The position numbers and the translations under genes are program-made. From the NCBI GenBank assembly GCA_963662465.1, contig OY759599.1:224001-288000 (forward strand): a stretch of 64,000 bases of DNA. Direction: 5' to 3'. Source of the DNA: Desulfatiglandales bacterium. Lineage in GTDB: Bacteria > Desulfobacterota > DSM-4660 > Desulfatiglandales > Desulfatiglandaceae. Positions within the stretch are counted from its first letter, which is position 1, and every line of letters starts with the position of its first letter. The notes beneath the pieces are model-generated. The model worked only from the letters and a program-made list of their open reading frames with translations. It did no database searches and was not told where the DNA came from. Below, one piece after another: positions 9,814 to 22,201 of the stretch.

Positions 9814-11367
9814 TTACGCCCCAAAGAAATCCGTGATGGCCAAAGTTAGGGCTTCAATCGTATAGTCTGTGGGCATGATGTCCACGGAAAACCCCTTTTC
9901 CCTGGCGGTGTCCGCCGTGATGGGGCCGATGCAGGCCACTTTTACCCCTTTCATCCATTCACTGACGGACCTCTGTTCCCGGGAATCGAACATGTTCACA
10001 AAATTGGCGACCGTGGAGGAACTGGTGAAGGTGACCATGTCGATAATTCCCTTTTCCAGCATGTCCCGAATTTCGGCGGTATTTCCGTGTGGGCTGACGG
10101 TTTTATAGGCATCTACCACGTCCACCCGGGCGCCCATGTTTCGCAATTGGTCGGGTAGGATCTCCCTGGCTTTTTCGGCCCTGGGGATCAGGATGCGGAC
10201 CCCTTTGGTATCCCATTTTTTGAGGGCTTCCACCACCGCTTCGGCCCGGTACTCGTCGGGGACCAGATCCGGCTTGATTCCCAGGTTGTGCCACTGCTCG
10301 GCGGTCTTGGGGCCGATGGCGCCGATTTTTACGCCTTTAAGATCCCGAACGTCTTTTCCTTTAAGATGGAGTCTCTGAAGGAAATATTTGACGCCGTTGA
10401 CCGAGGTGAACAACAACCAATGGTAGAATCCCAGATTTGAGATGGCCGTGTCCAGGGGGTCCCAGCTGTCGGGGGGGATGATTTCGATGGTGGGAAACTG
10501 AATGCACTCCGCGCCGAGGGAGGAGAGTTCCTGAAGGAATCCGCTGGCCTGTTCCCGTGCCCGGGTCACCACGATTCGTTTGCCGAAGAGCGGTTTCGTC
10601 TCAAACCAGTTCAGCTCATCCCGCAACCGCACCACATCTCCCACCACAATGATGGCTGGTGGGCGCAACCCGGTTGTTTCCACCCGTTCGGCAATGTTTT
10701 GGAGGTTCCCCGAAACGGTTTTCTGCTCCGCCACAGTGCCCCTGCGAATGACCGCCGCAGGCGTATCCGGATTTCGACCGTGGTGAATCAGGTTTTCAGC
10801 GATTTTTGAAAGATTCCCCACGCCCATGAGAAATACCAGGGTTCCTACCCCCGTGGCCAGTTTGTCCCATTGAATGTTTGATTCTTCTTTGAGGGGATCT
10901 TCATGGCCGGTGACAAAGGCCACTGTGGCGGTGTAATCCCTGTGTGTCAGGGGAATGCCGGCGTATGCCGGGACGGAAATGGCCGACGTGATGCCCGGCA
11001 CCACCTCGAAGGGTACCCCTTCCGCCACCAGCTCCTGGGCTTCTTCTCCCCCGCGGCCGAAAATGAAAGGGTCCCCGCCCTTGAGCCGGGCAATGGTTTT
11101 CCCCGTTTGGGATTTTTCGACGATCAAGTGGTTGATCTGTTCTTGGGCCATGGTGTGATCACCGCCCTTTTTTCCCACATAGATCAGTTCAGCCTGGGGT
11201 TTCGCGTATTCAAGGAAAGCCTTGTTGGCCAGGTAGTCATAAATAATAACATCCGCTCGGGAGAGAATATCTTTTCCCTTGAGGGTCATTAACCCCGGAT
11301 CCCCGGGTCCGGCTCCGATCAGATATACTTTTCCCTGTTTGGTCCCTTGTACAGCCATGTTTTCCAA
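9814..11367 (-). CDS. cobA: Uroporphyrinogen-III C-methyltransferase / uroporphyrinogen-III synthase fusion
   Basis: [27 protein letters not shown], then HemD part [28 protein letters not shown]. Confidence 0.95.
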   Translation of the reverse strand: MENMAVQGTKQGKVYLIGAGPGDPGLMTLKGKDILSRADVIIYDYLANKAFLEYAKPQAELIYVGKKGGDHTMAQEQINHLIVEKSQTGKTIARLKGGDPFIFGRGGEEAQELVAEGVPFEVVPGITSAISVPAYAGIPLTHRDYTATVAFVTGHEDPLKEESNIQWDKLATGVGTLVFLMGVGNLSKIAENLIHHGRNPDTPAAVIRRGTVAEQKTVSGNLQNIAERVETTGLRPPAIIVVGDVVRLRDELNWFETKPLFGKRIVVTRAREQASGFLQELSSLGAECIQFPTIEIIPPDSWDPLDTAISNLGFYHWLLFTSVNGVKYFLQRLHLKGKDVRDLKGVKIGAIGPKTAEQWHNLGIKPDLVPDEYRAEAVVEALKKWDTKGVRILIPRAEKAREILPDQLRNMGARVDVVDAYKTVSPHGNTAEIRDMLEKGIIDMVTFTSSSTVANFVNMFDSREQRSVSEWMKGVKVACIGPITADTAREKGFSVDIMPTDYTIEALTLAITDFFGA

Positions 11368-11654
11368 TTCCTCATTGTATGTCGTCAGCTTTTAGCGGAT
11401 CAAAAGCAGCTTCTTAGTCTCAGCTGGAATAATATTTAATAGCTTGCTCACAACGTACCTCGTATTGTATCGCTACATGTAACATCAAATGTGGCATATT
11501 GCAAGAGGCTGCACGAAAGCCGTAGATACGCCAACGTTCTGCTCAGATGCTTTGAAGCCGAGCGATAGCCAAGTTTTTTGCAATAGATTTTTTGCGACCT
11601 CCAGCCATTTTGCCGGCCTGCCGGGAGGCGGCATTAAAGTGCATCAATTATTGC

Positions 11655-11683
11655 TTGATTGAATCGAACAACGGGTGTAGCAT
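11655..11683 (+). promoter_or_regulatory. Candidate sigma70 promoter for the phosphoglycerate dehydrogenase gene
   Basis: TTGATT-17 bp-TAGCAT. Confidence 0.35.
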
Positions 11684-11816
11684 GCGACCCTTCCAGGCGT
11701 AGAATGGGTTTTGAGAAGCCCCGGGATGGTTTATTTATTTTAACATGTTTGGATGAAGTAACCTTAATGCTTTGTCCGGAACTAATTGTTCAATTTTAGA
11801 GATAGGGAGTTTTGAA

Positions 11817-12752
11817 ATGTCAAAAGTAATACTGGTTGCCACCGAAAAACCGTTTGCCAAAGCCGCCGTGGATCGTATCAAGGAGGTTGTTGCGAAAAAT
11901 CCGGATTTCGAACTGCGGTTGCTGGAAAACTATACGGATAAGCAGGCATTGCTGGATGCGGTGAAAGATGTGGATGGCCTCATTATTCGCAGCGACAAAG
12001 TCACCCGGGAAGTTCTGGATGCCGCCAAGAACCTGAAAGTGGTGGCGCGCGGTGGGGCCGGATACGATAATATCGACTGTGAAGCGGCCACCGAAAAGGG
12101 CATTTGCGTCATGAATACGCCGGGGCAGAACAGCAATGCGGTTTCAGAGCTGGTCTTCGGCATGATGCTCAACCTGGTTCGGCATCAGTATGCCGGCAAG
12201 CCCGGTACGGAGTTGAGAGGAAAATCAATCGGCATTCATGCGTATGGCAATGCCGGAAAATGCGTGGCACGGTTGGGCAAGGGATTTGGCATGGATGTTT
12301 ACGCCTATGACCCCTATGTGGACAAGAGCATCATGGATGCGGATGGGGTGAAGCCGGTGGGCTCAAGGGAAGAACTCTATTCCACCTGTGATTTCGTCAG
12401 CCTCCATATCCCGGGGAATGCTGAAACCGTCAACTCCATTAACTTTGAACTGCTTTCCAAAATGAAAGAAGGGGCGGCCCTCATCAACACGGCTCGCAAG
12501 GAAGTCATCGATGAGGAAGGGTTGAAGAAGATGTTTTCCGAAAGGCCGGACTTTTGCTACGGTTCGGATTTGACCCCGGACTGCAAGGATGAAATTTGCG
12601 CCACCTGCGGGGACCGGAGCTTTTTCACCGCCAAGAAGATGGGCGCCCAGACCGCCGAGGCCAATATCAATGCAGGCGAAGCCGCCGTTACCCAGATTAT
12701 CAACTTCCTTGAAAAAGGGGATGAGACTTTCAGGGTGAATAAGAAGGCGTAG
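11817..12752 (+). CDS. serA: D-3-phosphoglycerate dehydrogenase (short type, no ACT domain)
   Basis: IIRSDKV, RGGAGYDNID, MNTPGQNSNAVSEL, INTARKEVID, KKMGAQTAEAN; start at ATG 11817 after GGGAG. Confidence 0.85.
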   Translation: MSKVILVATEKPFAKAAVDRIKEVVAKNPDFELRLLENYTDKQALLDAVKDVDGLIIRSDKVTREVLDAAKNLKVVARGGAGYDNIDCEAATEKGICVMNTPGQNSNAVSELVFGMMLNLVRHQYAGKPGTELRGKSIGIHAYGNAGKCVARLGKGFGMDVYAYDPYVDKSIMDADGVKPVGSREELYSTCDFVSLHIPGNAETVNSINFELLSKMKEGAALINTARKEVIDEEGLKKMFSERPDFCYGSDLTPDCKDEICATCGDRSFFTAKKMGAQTAEANINAGEAAVTQIINFLEKGDETFRVNKKA

Positions 12753-12761
12753 TATAAAAGA

Positions 12762-12853
12762 AGCTGTTAGCCATTAGCTGTTAGGTATTCGTTTTCCACC
12801 GGGGTTGATCCAGAATGCGCAGCTAACCGCTAATAGCTAACAGCTAACAGCTA
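12762..12853. repeat. Inverted heptamer repeat arms between convergent genes
   Basis: GCTGTTA-like x3 (12763-12784) and GCTAACA-like x4 (12822-12853) are reverse complements. Confidence 0.75.
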
Positions 12854-14591
12854 CTCTCAAAGATTTGCAGGCTTCGAATCGAAAGGCTTTTCCCTTTCGG
12901 GTTATCTCGGCCCTTCTGTAATGAATCCGTTTGCCGTTTTTTTCAAAGGCATCTTCCCGAAGGGTGATCAGTAATGCGCCGGCGAGGGCCTTGAGCAGGT
13001 TTTCAAATTCCGTTCGGGAAATGGCGGCATTCGGGCATGACGCTTCAAAAAGTCTCCCTGTGCTGAGAGAGCCCAGCTGTTTCAGTTTGGTCATGGTGCG
13101 CATGATGATTTTTTCTTCCGGCTTATGGGGTTTGCGATAGGAAACCGTGATGGCGTTTAGCGGGGCGCAGAAATCACAGATGCCGCAGGGGCGGCCATCG
13201 TCTTCACGATCTCCGAAATGCCGAACCAGGTGAAGCATGCGGCACGAAGAAGAGCCCGCAAAACGGGAGATTTCCTCAATCTGGCTGAGCTGGTGGTCTC
13301 TCTGAGCCCGGTAGGAACGCCTCCATTGGTCATGGCCGCGATGCACGGTCTTGTCCGGGTCTACCCGTGCGCCCCCGTGAATTCTCAGTTTTTCCATGGC
13401 AGTAGCAAATTCTTCCTTCTCCATATCCAATGTTTCGGCCAGACTTTCCAGGGGGATTTTTTCCTTTTTCAATTTCTTGAAAATCTCTTTCAAGAGGCTT
13501 TCAGGGGGGTAGCCTTTTTCGTGAAAAAACTGGTGCATACGGCGGTCGCCGTAGGAGTGGAGAAGAATGGCGCGGGAAGGCTTGCCATCCCGTCCCGCAC
13601 GACCGATTTCCTGGTAATATCCTTCCAGGCTGCCGGGGAGCGCCGTGTGGATTACGGTGCGAATATCGGGTTTGTCGATGCCCATGCCAAAGGCGATGGT
13701 GGCCACGATGATGTCTATCTTTCCCGAAAAAAAGGCGGCCTGGACGCCGTCGCGAGTGTCCGTCGACAGGCCCGCGTGGTAGGGCGCCGCTTTAAGATCA
13801 CGGGCCAGTTCCGTTGCCAGGGTTTCGGTTTTCTGTCGGGTCGGTGCGTAGATGATGGCGGGACGGCATTCAGGTGCTTTTAGAATATCCATCACTTTTC
13901 GGGTTCGATCCGCCGGGGGAATTTCCACCAGTTCAATGGCGATGTTGGTGCGCCTGAAACCATGGATGCGCAGCTCCGGCTTGTTCATACGCAATTGCCG
14001 GACAATGTCCGTTTGAACTCTGGGGGTTGCCGTGGCCGTCATGGCGATAAAGGGGGCGGGACGCAGAAGCGGAAGTCTTTCTCCCAGCAGTCGATAGTCA
14101 GGTCGGAAATCATGTCCCCAATGGCTGATGCAATGGGCTTCATCGATGGCCACCAGTACGGGTTTCCCTTTGGCCAGCATCTCGGGAAAGCCGGGGACCG
14201 CCAGCCGCTCGGGGGCCATGAAGAAAAAATCAAGCTTTCCGTCCAGGTATTCTCTGCAAATTTGTCGGGATTTCAGGCGAGTGAGTCCGGAATGAATGCG
14301 GTCCGCTCTAAAGCCCTTTTGCCTGAGGCCCGCGGTCTGATCTTCCATCAGGGCGATGAGGGGACTGATCACCAGGGTGGCGCCTTTTCGTGCGATGCCG
14401 GGGAGTTGGTAGCACAGGGATTTCCCGGCCCCCGTGGGCATGACCAACAGGAGGTCCTTCCCTTCTATGACGGATTCACAGACGTTCCTCTGGTGGGGCC
14501 TGAACCCATGGAAATGAAAAATATCCGTCAGGATGCTTTTTAAATTGCCGGAAATGGGACCGGGGTCGTTGATTTTTTGATCATGGTTCAT
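12837..14591 (-). CDS. recQ: RecQ family ATP-dependent DNA helicase
   Basis: MPTGAGKSLCYQLP, DEAHCISHWGHDFRPDY, ATIAFGMGIDK, YYQEIGRAGRDG, Zn-binding CGICDFC. Confidence 0.95.
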   Translation of the reverse strand: MNHDQKINDPGPISGNLKSILTDIFHFHGFRPHQRNVCESVIEGKDLLLVMPTGAGKSLCYQLPGIARKGATLVISPLIALMEDQTAGLRQKGFRADRIHSGLTRLKSRQICREYLDGKLDFFFMAPERLAVPGFPEMLAKGKPVLVAIDEAHCISHWGHDFRPDYRLLGERLPLLRPAPFIAMTATATPRVQTDIVRQLRMNKPELRIHGFRRTNIAIELVEIPPADRTRKVMDILKAPECRPAIIYAPTRQKTETLATELARDLKAAPYHAGLSTDTRDGVQAAFFSGKIDIIVATIAFGMGIDKPDIRTVIHTALPGSLEGYYQEIGRAGRDGKPSRAILLHSYGDRRMHQFFHEKGYPPESLLKEIFKKLKKEKIPLESLAETLDMEKEEFATAMEKLRIHGGARVDPDKTVHRGHDQWRRSYRAQRDHQLSQIEEISRFAGSSSCRMLHLVRHFGDREDDGRPCGICDFCAPLNAITVSYRKPHKPEEKIIMRTMTKLKQLGSLSTGRLFEASCPNAAISRTEFENLLKALAGALLITLREDAFEKNGKRIHYRRAEITRKGKAFRFEACKSLRVAVSC

Positions 14592-14761
14592 TTTTTACTC
14601 ATGGTTTATAAAACCTCTGGTTTAGAGGCTTTCTCTTTGTTGACATGCAACCCTACTTATCATAAATATATTTATCTAGGAAATGGTATTCAAAAGAGAT
14701 GTTCAGAAAAGGACCTCCAACCCGCCGGATAGAAACTCTAAATTAGAAAAAAGGAGACCCC

Positions 14762-16432
14762 ATGACCACAGCAAGTGCGTATCAAAACAAACCATGGCTG
14801 GCCTATTATGATGAAGGCGTTCCGGAATCCGTGAATTATGAGGCCATATGCATACCGGAATTTCTGGACCGCTCGGCTGAGAAATTCCCCCGGAATATGG
14901 CGCTTCTTTTTCAGGGATACGCTGTGACATATGGAGAACTCAAGGAAATGGTGGATCGGTTTGCGGTCTGTCTGGCCAGCTTCGGCATCCGGAAAGGAGA
15001 CAGCGTGGCCATTCTGCTTCCCAATGTTATTCCATGCGTTGCGGCATACTATGGTATTTTGAAAACCGGCGCTACGGCGGTTATGAACAACCCCCTTTAT
15101 ACGGATCGGGAACTGGAACATCAGTTCAACGATTCAGGTTCAAAGGTGCTGATTACCCTGGATCTTCTGGGAAACCGCATGATTGATCTGCGGCCCAAAA
15201 CCGGTATCAAACAAATCATCTATACCTCCATCGGCGATTACCTGCCTTTTCCCAAAAATCTCCTGTTTCCCCTGGTGGGCAAGAAGAAGGGGCTGAAAGC
15301 GGATGTCAAAGCCGCGCCGGATGTGTATCGTTGGAAAGATGTGTTGGCAAGGTCCACGGGCCAGGCGCCCATGGTGAAGCTGTCTTTCGATGATACGGCC
15401 ATGTTTCAGTACACCGGGGGCACAACAGGGGTCAGCAAGGGCGTCATGCTGACCCACGCCAATCTCAGCAAGCAGGTGCAGCATCTCAGAGTATGGTTTC
15501 CCGGATTTAACGATGGTGAAGAAATTATGCTGGGGGCCTTGCCGTTTTTCCATGTGTTCGGTCTGTCAACGGCCATGAATTTAGCCCTCTATGCGGGCTG
15601 GGGAAATATCCTGATTCCCAAGCCGCAGCCGGCGCAGCTCCTGGAGGCCATCATCAAATTCAAACCGACCTTTGCCCCGCTGGTGCCCACCATGTTTATT
15701 GGATTGTTGAACCATCCCAAAATCGACCAGGCCGACCTCACCTCCATCAAGGGGTGCTTTTCCGGAAGCGCACCCCTGCCGGTGGAAGTGATTCGGGATT
15801 TCGAGGCCAAGACCGGGGCCACCATTGTCGAAGGCTTCGGTATGACCGAATCATCTCCGGTGACCCATATCAATCCGTTTACGGGGCAGCGTAAGGTGGG
15901 AAGCATCGGCGTGCCTATCCCCGATACCGAGTGTCGTATTGTGGAACTCAATGATGGGGAAACCGATATGTCGGTGGGGGAATCGGGTGAATTGCTGGTC
16001 AGGGGGCCTCAGGTCATGAAAGGGTACTGGAACAAGCCGGAGGACACGGCGGAGACCCTGACGGACGGGTGGCTTCATACCGGCGATATCGGCAAGATGG
16101 ATGAGGAAGGGTATTTCTATATCGTTGATCGTAAGAAGGATATGATCATCAGCGGCGGATACAATGTTTATCCGCGTGATATCGAGGAGGTGTTTTTCGA
16201 ACATCCCAAAGTTGTAGAGGCTGCGGCCCTGGGTGTGCCGCACCCGAAAAGGGGAGAACAGGTGAAGGTATTTGTGGTGTTGAAGGATGGTGAAACGGGA
16301 ACCGAAGAAGAATTCCTCACTTATTGCAAAGACAAACTGGCGGCCTACAAGCTTCCCACCATGATTGAATTCAGGGATGAGTTGCCCAAGACCAATGTGG
16401 GTAAAGTGCTGAAAAAGGATTTGAGGAAATAA
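14762..16432 (+). CDS. Long-chain fatty acid--CoA ligase
   Basis: [53 protein letters not shown]. Confidence 0.95.
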   Translation: MTTASAYQNKPWLAYYDEGVPESVNYEAICIPEFLDRSAEKFPRNMALLFQGYAVTYGELKEMVDRFAVCLASFGIRKGDSVAILLPNVIPCVAAYYGILKTGATAVMNNPLYTDRELEHQFNDSGSKVLITLDLLGNRMIDLRPKTGIKQIIYTSIGDYLPFPKNLLFPLVGKKKGLKADVKAAPDVYRWKDVLARSTGQAPMVKLSFDDTAMFQYTGGTTGVSKGVMLTHANLSKQVQHLRVWFPGFNDGEEIMLGALPFFHVFGLSTAMNLALYAGWGNILIPKPQPAQLLEAIIKFKPTFAPLVPTMFIGLLNHPKIDQADLTSIKGCFSGSAPLPVEVIRDFEAKTGATIVEGFGMTESSPVTHINPFTGQRKVGSIGVPIPDTECRIVELNDGETDMSVGESGELLVRGPQVMKGYWNKPEDTAETLTDGWLHTGDIGKMDEEGYFYIVDRKKDMIISGGYNVYPRDIEEVFFEHPKVVEAAALGVPHPKRGEQVKVFVVLKDGETGTEEEFLTYCKDKLAAYKLPTMIEFRDELPKTNVGKVLKKDLRK

Positions 16433-16460
16433 CCGCTTAAATTTGTGGAGGAAAAACCTC

Positions 16461-19190
16461 GTGCATAATCATGAGCAGTTTAAACATCTGGCGGAATGTT
16501 CTCCGTTCGGCATGTCCATTTCCAATGAGGAACTGGTGATTGAATATGTGAACCCCATGTTTACCGAGATTTTCGGGTATGAACTCCAAGATGTTCCCAC
16601 CAAGGAAGTCTGGTTTCAAAAGGCGTACCCGGATGAGGCTTATCGAGAGATGGTGTTCCGGGCATGGAAGGCCGATTCGGAAATTGCACGAGAGACCGGC
16701 AATTTGGAATTCCGAGTTTTCAGGGTGCGGTGTAAAGACGGCAGCGATAAGATGATTCGATTCAGGGCCGTTGATCTTGGAAATGCCAGGCAGCTTCTAA
16801 CCTATGAGGATAAAACCTCCGAGATGGTGGTTGAAGAAGCGCTCAAGGTATCGGAAGAGGCCTCAAAACATGAAGCCGCCAAACTCTCTTCCATGATCTC
16901 CGGTATGGAAGAGGGGGTTGTTTTTGCAGACAGCGATAACCGGATTGTGGAAGTCAACGCCTATTTCTGCAATTTTGTGGGGAGTTCCAGAAAAGATATT
17001 CTGAGCAAAAGGCTTGAGGATATTCATTCGGGAAAAATTCTGAAAACAGTGATGGGGCATGTGAAAGAATTTCGGAAAAACCCCGAATCAAAGGCTGTCG
17101 TCATTCAAAGGGCCATTGGGGATGCGGAAACCATCCTTCGGGTTCAGCCCATATACCGGGAAAAAAACTATGACGGCGTACTCTTAAATGTCATCAATGT
17201 GACCGAACTGGTGCGGGCCCGACGTGAGGCCGAAGCCGCCAGTATGGCCAAAGGTCAGTTCCTGGCCAATATGAGCCATGAAATTAGAACCCCCATGAAT
17301 GCCGTCATCGGTATGACCGGTCTATTGCTGGACACGGAACTTGACCCTGAGCAACGGGAATATGCCGAGACCGTGAGAATGGCTGGAAATGGACTGCTCA
17401 CCCTGATTAACGATATCCTTGATTTTTCAAAGATAGAGTCGGGCAAACTGGAATTCGAGGAAATCGGCTTTGATCTCCGTTGTGTGGTAGAGGGGGTCGG
17501 CGAAATGATGGCGCCCGTTGCTCAGGCCAAAGGCGTTGAATTCACGTGTTTTGTGGACCCGTTCAGCGAAGTCAGACTGCTGGGGGATCCGGAACGGTTG
17601 CGGCAGATTCTGGTGAACCTGTCCGGGAACGCGGTTAAATTCACGGAAAAGGGGAATGTGGATATCCATTCGAAAATGTTGCGTGAAGAGGGTAGCCTGG
17701 CCGTGATTCGGTTCGCCGTAAGCGATACCGGCATCGGCATTCCCATGGACCGGTTGGATGCCGTATTCAGCAGTTTTACCCAGGTGGACGGTAGTACGAC
17801 ACGCCGGTTTGGCGGCACGGGCCTGGGACTCAGTATTTCAAAACGGCTGGTGGAATTGATGGGGGGGCAGATCGGTGTAGAGAGTGAAAAGGGCAAAGGG
17901 AGTACCTTCTGGTTCAGCATTCCCTTTGAAAAACAGGATAAAAGCAAAACACTCCCCATGAAAACCCGCCAAAGCGTCAGGGGAACCCATATCCTGATTG
18001 TGGACGACAATGCCACCAATCGCACTATTTTGAATAAAACCCTGGTTTCCTTTGGGTGTTTCCCTGAAGAGGTCGAAGGCGGACGGGATGCATTGGACCT
18101 GGTGAATCTGAGGATGTTGGAGGATCGTCCTTTTGATGCCATTTTGCTGGACCACCAGATGCCGGAAATGGATGGTGAAGATGTGGCCCGTGCCTTCCGT
18201 TCCCAACCCCGTTTGGATCATACCCGTATTTTGATCCTCACTTCCGTAGGAGAGCGGGGCGATGCGCGTCGGTTTAAAGAACTGGGTTGCGACGCTTACC
18301 TCACCAAGCCGGTTCGTCAATCCCAGCTTTTGGACGCCCTGGCCGAGACCCTGGTGGACCCCGATGGCGAGGATGATGCTGAGCAGAAGGTGCAGGGGAC
18401 GGGCATCATTACCCGACACAGCATGGTGGAGGATTCCGTGCGAGGGGCACGGGTGCTTCTGGCGGAAGATAATCTGGTCAATCAGAAGGTGGCGCTTCGC
18501 ATTATTGAAAAGGCCGGTCACAAGGTGGATGTGGCGGGTAACGGCAAAGAGGCTTTGGAAGCGCTCAAAAATGCATCCTATGATATGGTCTTTATGGATG
18601 TTCAGATGCCGGAAATGGATGGATATGCGGCAACCCGTGAAATACGGAAGATGGCACAGGAATACAGGGAGTTGCCCGTAATTGCCATGACGGCCCATGC
18701 CATGAAGGGCGATCGGGAAAAGTGTATTGCATCCGGCATGGACGACTATCTTTCCAAACCGGTGAGCCCCAAAGGGTTGCTGGATATGGTTCAGCGTTGG
18801 GCAGGGAAAAAAGTACTCAGGCCATCGGTGGGGATCGATCGGTTTCAATCCGATGCCGGCCTCCCAGTGGACATGAGGCGGTTGTGGGGATTAACCGGCG
18901 GGGATAAAGAGTTTGAAAACGAAATCATAGATCTTTTCCTTAAAGATACGCCGCTTCAGTTGATGCGGCTGGAAGCGGCCATTAGCGAGGGGAATTCAAC
19001 GCATGTGGAAGAGGCAGCCCATTCCATCAAAGGCGCCGCGGCCAATATGGGCGCTGAAGCGTTCCGTAAACTGGCCCATGCTCTTGAGCTAAAAGGGAAG
19101 GCAGTCTCCCTTCAGGGGGCGGCCCGGGATTTCGCTGATCTAAAATCAGCTTTTAAGGAAGTCGAACGGTTTTTTGAGGAATCGGCATGA
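16461..19190 (+). CDS. Hybrid sensor histidine kinase (2 PAS, HisKA, HATPase, 2 REC, Hpt)
   Basis: [21 protein letters not shown], two receivers (IVDDN, LAEDN), Hpt [11 protein letters not shown] start after GGAGG. Confidence 0.93.
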   Translation: MHNHEQFKHLAECSPFGMSISNEELVIEYVNPMFTEIFGYELQDVPTKEVWFQKAYPDEAYREMVFRAWKADSEIARETGNLEFRVFRVRCKDGSDKMIRFRAVDLGNARQLLTYEDKTSEMVVEEALKVSEEASKHEAAKLSSMISGMEEGVVFADSDNRIVEVNAYFCNFVGSSRKDILSKRLEDIHSGKILKTVMGHVKEFRKNPESKAVVIQRAIGDAETILRVQPIYREKNYDGVLLNVINVTELVRARREAEAASMAKGQFLANMSHEIRTPMNAVIGMTGLLLDTELDPEQREYAETVRMAGNGLLTLINDILDFSKIESGKLEFEEIGFDLRCVVEGVGEMMAPVAQAKGVEFTCFVDPFSEVRLLGDPERLRQILVNLSGNAVKFTEKGNVDIHSKMLREEGSLAVIRFAVSDTGIGIPMDRLDAVFSSFTQVDGSTTRRFGGTGLGLSISKRLVELMGGQIGVESEKGKGSTFWFSIPFEKQDKSKTLPMKTRQSVRGTHILIVDDNATNRTILNKTLVSFGCFPEEVEGGRDALDLVNLRMLEDRPFDAILLDHQMPEMDGEDVARAFRSQPRLDHTRILILTSVGERGDARRFKELGCDAYLTKPVRQSQLLDALAETLVDPDGEDDAEQKVQGTGIITRHSMVEDSVRGARVLLAEDNLVNQKVALRIIEKAGHKVDVAGNGKEALEALKNASYDMVFMDVQMPEMDGYAATREIRKMAQEYRELPVIAMTAHAMKGDREKCIASGMDDYLSKPVSPKGLLDMVQRWAGKKVLRPSVGIDRFQSDAGLPVDMRRLWGLTGGDKEFENEIIDLFLKDTPLQLMRLEAAISEGNSTHVEEAAHSIKGAAANMGAEAFRKLAHALELKGKAVSLQGAARDFADLKSAFKEVERFFEESA

Positions 19191-19612
19191 TCATTTTTAA
19201 TGGAAAATATTCCTGGGATGGTAAAAAAGATGGTAACTATAAGCCGGTAAGTTGGTGGCCCGGTTCTCACTATCTGACCATTGTTGATTTTTCTCTCGAA
19301 AAACCGGATGTGGTGATGCTCAAGCCTGTCATTGTCCTGGCGGCGGAAACGAAAGAGGGATATTCCATTGAAAAACGTTATCAGGATCTCATCATTTGCG
19401 TATGCAGGGAATTTAATCTTGATATTCCAAAGGTACTTTGGGTGAAATATAATCGTGACGCTGAAAATGAGATGAAGGTTGCGGTTCTTAAGTTGTTGTC
19501 CCGAATCGGCCCCAACGTTTTGTATGATCTCAAGTGGCGATTGTTAATGCCCAATGAGAGGAAACTGATTGATGCGATTCGGCTGATGTCGTTCAAGCCG
19601 GTTGAAGTCTAA
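19187..19612 (+). CDS. Hypothetical protein
   Basis: 141-aa ORF with ATGA overlap to the kinase stop and SD GAGGA. Confidence 0.65.
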   Translation: MIIFNGKYSWDGKKDGNYKPVSWWPGSHYLTIVDFSLEKPDVVMLKPVIVLAAETKEGYSIEKRYQDLIICVCREFNLDIPKVLWVKYNRDAENEMKVAVLKLLSRIGPNVLYDLKWRLLMPNERKLIDAIRLMSFKPVEV

Positions 19613-19631
19613 CGGTACGGAGATAAATAAA

Positions 19632-20540
19632 ATGCAATTAGCCATGATCGGTCTGGGTCGCATGGGAATGAATATGGCCGGACGTCTTCTGCTGGAAGGC
19701 CACCGGGTGGTGGCCTACAATCGAACGGTGGAGAAGACGGATCAGCTGGTGAAAGACGGCGCCATCGGCGCCTATTCACTTTCCGAGGTGGTGAAGGCGC
19801 TATCTCCGCCCCGTATCGTGTGGATCATGTTGCCCGCAGGGTCTTTGGTGGATGCGCATCTGGAACAGTTCCGCGAAAGCCTGTCTTCGGGGGATATCAT
19901 CATCGATGGCGGGAATACCCGTTACAAAGACGATATCCGACGTGCCCGATTCCTGGGTGAAAAAGGGATTCAATTCGTTGATGTGGGGGTGAGCGGCGGT
20001 ATCTGGGGATTGAAGAACGGATATTGTTTGATGCTGGGGGGAGATCCGGAAACCTGCCGATTTCTCGACCCCATTTTCAAGTCCCTTGCCCCGAAAGAGG
20101 GGTATCTTCACTGTGGCGACACGGGAGCAGGACATTTTGTGAAAATGGTCCACAACGGTATCGAGTACGGTTTAATGCAGGCTTACGGCGAAGGGTTTGA
20201 AATGCTGAAAGCCTCTCCCTATTCGGACTCCCTGAACTTTGAGGACGTTGCGCACTTATGGAATCAGGGGAGCGTGGTTCGGTCGTGGCTGCTGGAACTG
20301 ATGGTATCCGCCTTTAGCAAAGATCCGCGCCTGGCCAATATCAGAGGCGTTGTGGCGGATTCCGGTGAGGGACGTTGGACCATTGAGCAAGCCGTTGAAT
20401 CCGGCGTGTCCGTTCCGGTGATTGCTTTGTCGCTCATGGCCCGCTTTCGCTCTCAGACTGATGATGCTTTTTCAGACCGGGTGGTTGCGGCCCTCAGGCA
20501 AGAGTTCGGGGGGCATGCCATCCTGAAAAAGACGCCATGA
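19632..20540 (+). CDS. gnd: 6-phosphogluconate dehydrogenase, decarboxylating (short YqeC type)
   Basis: IGLGRMG, DGGN, GVSGG, GHFVKMVHNGIEYG, DSGEGRW, LRQEFGGH. Confidence 0.93.
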   Translation: MQLAMIGLGRMGMNMAGRLLLEGHRVVAYNRTVEKTDQLVKDGAIGAYSLSEVVKALSPPRIVWIMLPAGSLVDAHLEQFRESLSSGDIIIDGGNTRYKDDIRRARFLGEKGIQFVDVGVSGGIWGLKNGYCLMLGGDPETCRFLDPIFKSLAPKEGYLHCGDTGAGHFVKMVHNGIEYGLMQAYGEGFEMLKASPYSDSLNFEDVAHLWNQGSVVRSWLLELMVSAFSKDPRLANIRGVVADSGEGRWTIEQAVESGVSVPVIALSLMARFRSQTDDAFSDRVVAALRQEFGGHAILKKTP

Positions 20541-22042
20541 CGGAAAGGCTTGAATCATGCCTTTGGGAGGGGATTCCTGACCCCTGCATGGTTGTTGTCG
20601 TGGGCGCATCGGGAGACTTGACCGCTAGAAAAATAGTTCCCGCCCTGTTCAATCTTTACCTTAATGGTGGATTGCCGCACCCTTTTTTCGTGGTGGGATG
20701 CGCCCGCACTCAATTGACTACCGAATCTTTCCGGAACAAAATGAAAGAGGCCTTGCGGGAAGCCAATATTTTGGATGAAGCGCAGTGGCGGGGTTTTGCT
20801 TCCCTTTTGTTCTATCATGCCATCGAATATGAGGATCAAGCCTCTTTCGAGGCCCTGGCGGGATATCTTGATCTACAGGATCGGGAATTCGGGACCGGCG
20901 GAAATAAAGTCTTTTACTTGGCCATCCCCCCCTCCCTGTATCCAATTACAGCTGGAATGCTGGGGCGGGCAGGCCTTTCCGCCAAGGGAAAAGGGAAGCG
21001 GGGCTGGGCAAGAATCGTGGTGGAAAAACCCTTTGGCCGTGATCTGAAAACCGCCATCGATCTGGACCGCACCCTTCACAAACATTTTGAGGAGCGCCGG
21101 ATTTTCAGGATTGATCATTACCTGGCCAAGGAAACGGTTCAGAACATCTTGATGTTCCGGTTTGCCAATGCCGTTTTTGAACCCATCTGGAACCGGCGTT
21201 ACATCGATTCCGTGAGCATTATGGCCGCGGAAACCCTTGGGGTGGAACATCGGGCGGGTTATTATGAACAGGCCGGTGTGTTGCGGGATATGTTCCAGAA
21301 CCACATGATGCAGCTTTTGGCCCTTATGGCCATGGATCCGCCCTCCCTGTTTGAAGCGGACCGGGTACGCGACGAGAAATCACGGGTTTATCGAACCCTG
21401 AGGCCTTTTCCAACGGATAACCTGTGGGACTACCTGGTGTTGGGGCAATATGGCGCCGGAACGGTGGATGGAATTCAGGTTCCCGGTTATCGTCAGGAAA
21501 TGGGGGTGAATTTTAATTCCCTGATTCCCACCTTTGCCGGCATGAAAGTCTTTCTGGATAGCTGGCGCTGGCAGGGGGTGCCTTTTTATCTCACCTCGGG
21601 AAAAAGACTGGCCCGAAAATTGACGGAAATCACCATTCGATTCAAGGAGGTTCCCTATTCTCTCTTTCGCAGCACCCTCGGGGAAAATATTACGGCCAAC
21701 CGGTTAATCATGGGGATTTATCCCGAAGAGAAGATTACCCTGACCTTTCAGACCAAGAACCCCGGCGCCCGGGTGTGTTTGAGATCCGCTACCATGGATT
21801 TTCAATACGATCAGAATTATACGGGTCCCGTGCTGGATGCCTATGAAAAAGTACTCCTGGACTGCATGCTGGGGGACCAGATGCTTTTCTGGCGGCAGGA
21901 CGGCCTGGAGTTGTGCTGGTCTTTCCTGACGCCGATTCTGGAGGAGTGCGAGACCTGCAAAGGGAGATCCGGTATGTTGCTGCCGTACGAATCGGGTTCC
22001 TGGGGACCCGAGGCTTCTCAAAGGCTTGGGAGGAGAAAATAA
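20537..22042 (+). CDS. zwf: Glucose-6-phosphate 1-dehydrogenase
   Basis: GASGDL, EKPFG, RIDHYLAKE, RDMFQNH, WRWQGVPFYL. Confidence 0.96.
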   Translation: MTERLESCLWEGIPDPCMVVVVGASGDLTARKIVPALFNLYLNGGLPHPFFVVGCARTQLTTESFRNKMKEALREANILDEAQWRGFASLLFYHAIEYEDQASFEALAGYLDLQDREFGTGGNKVFYLAIPPSLYPITAGMLGRAGLSAKGKGKRGWARIVVEKPFGRDLKTAIDLDRTLHKHFEERRIFRIDHYLAKETVQNILMFRFANAVFEPIWNRRYIDSVSIMAAETLGVEHRAGYYEQAGVLRDMFQNHMMQLLALMAMDPPSLFEADRVRDEKSRVYRTLRPFPTDNLWDYLVLGQYGAGTVDGIQVPGYRQEMGVNFNSLIPTFAGMKVFLDSWRWQGVPFYLTSGKRLARKLTEITIRFKEVPYSLFRSTLGENITANRLIMGIYPEEKITLTFQTKNPGARVCLRSATMDFQYDQNYTGPVLDAYEKVLLDCMLGDQMLFWRQDGLELCWSFLTPILEECETCKGRSGMLLPYESGSWGPEASQRLGRRK

Positions 22043-22201
22043 CCCGATTACGCCTGTTATTCGTCCTTCAGTCGTCACGCTAAACCGATTCCTTACGGGA
22101 GATGAAGGGGAGAGGGCGGTTCGGGGGGATTTTCCTTGATGATGGTCTCTGTAATCGCTATCATTAAAGAAGCCGATCATGAAAATCACGGGAGGAACGC
22201 C

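Noticed and set aside
11384..11570. attC-like fragments and an IS-end-like TTGCAAGAGGCT upstream of cobA
   Set aside because: Short, degenerate matches that could be chance.
14640..14668. TTGACA promoter upstream of the acyl-CoA ligase
   Set aside because: No convincing -10 box at the correct spacing.
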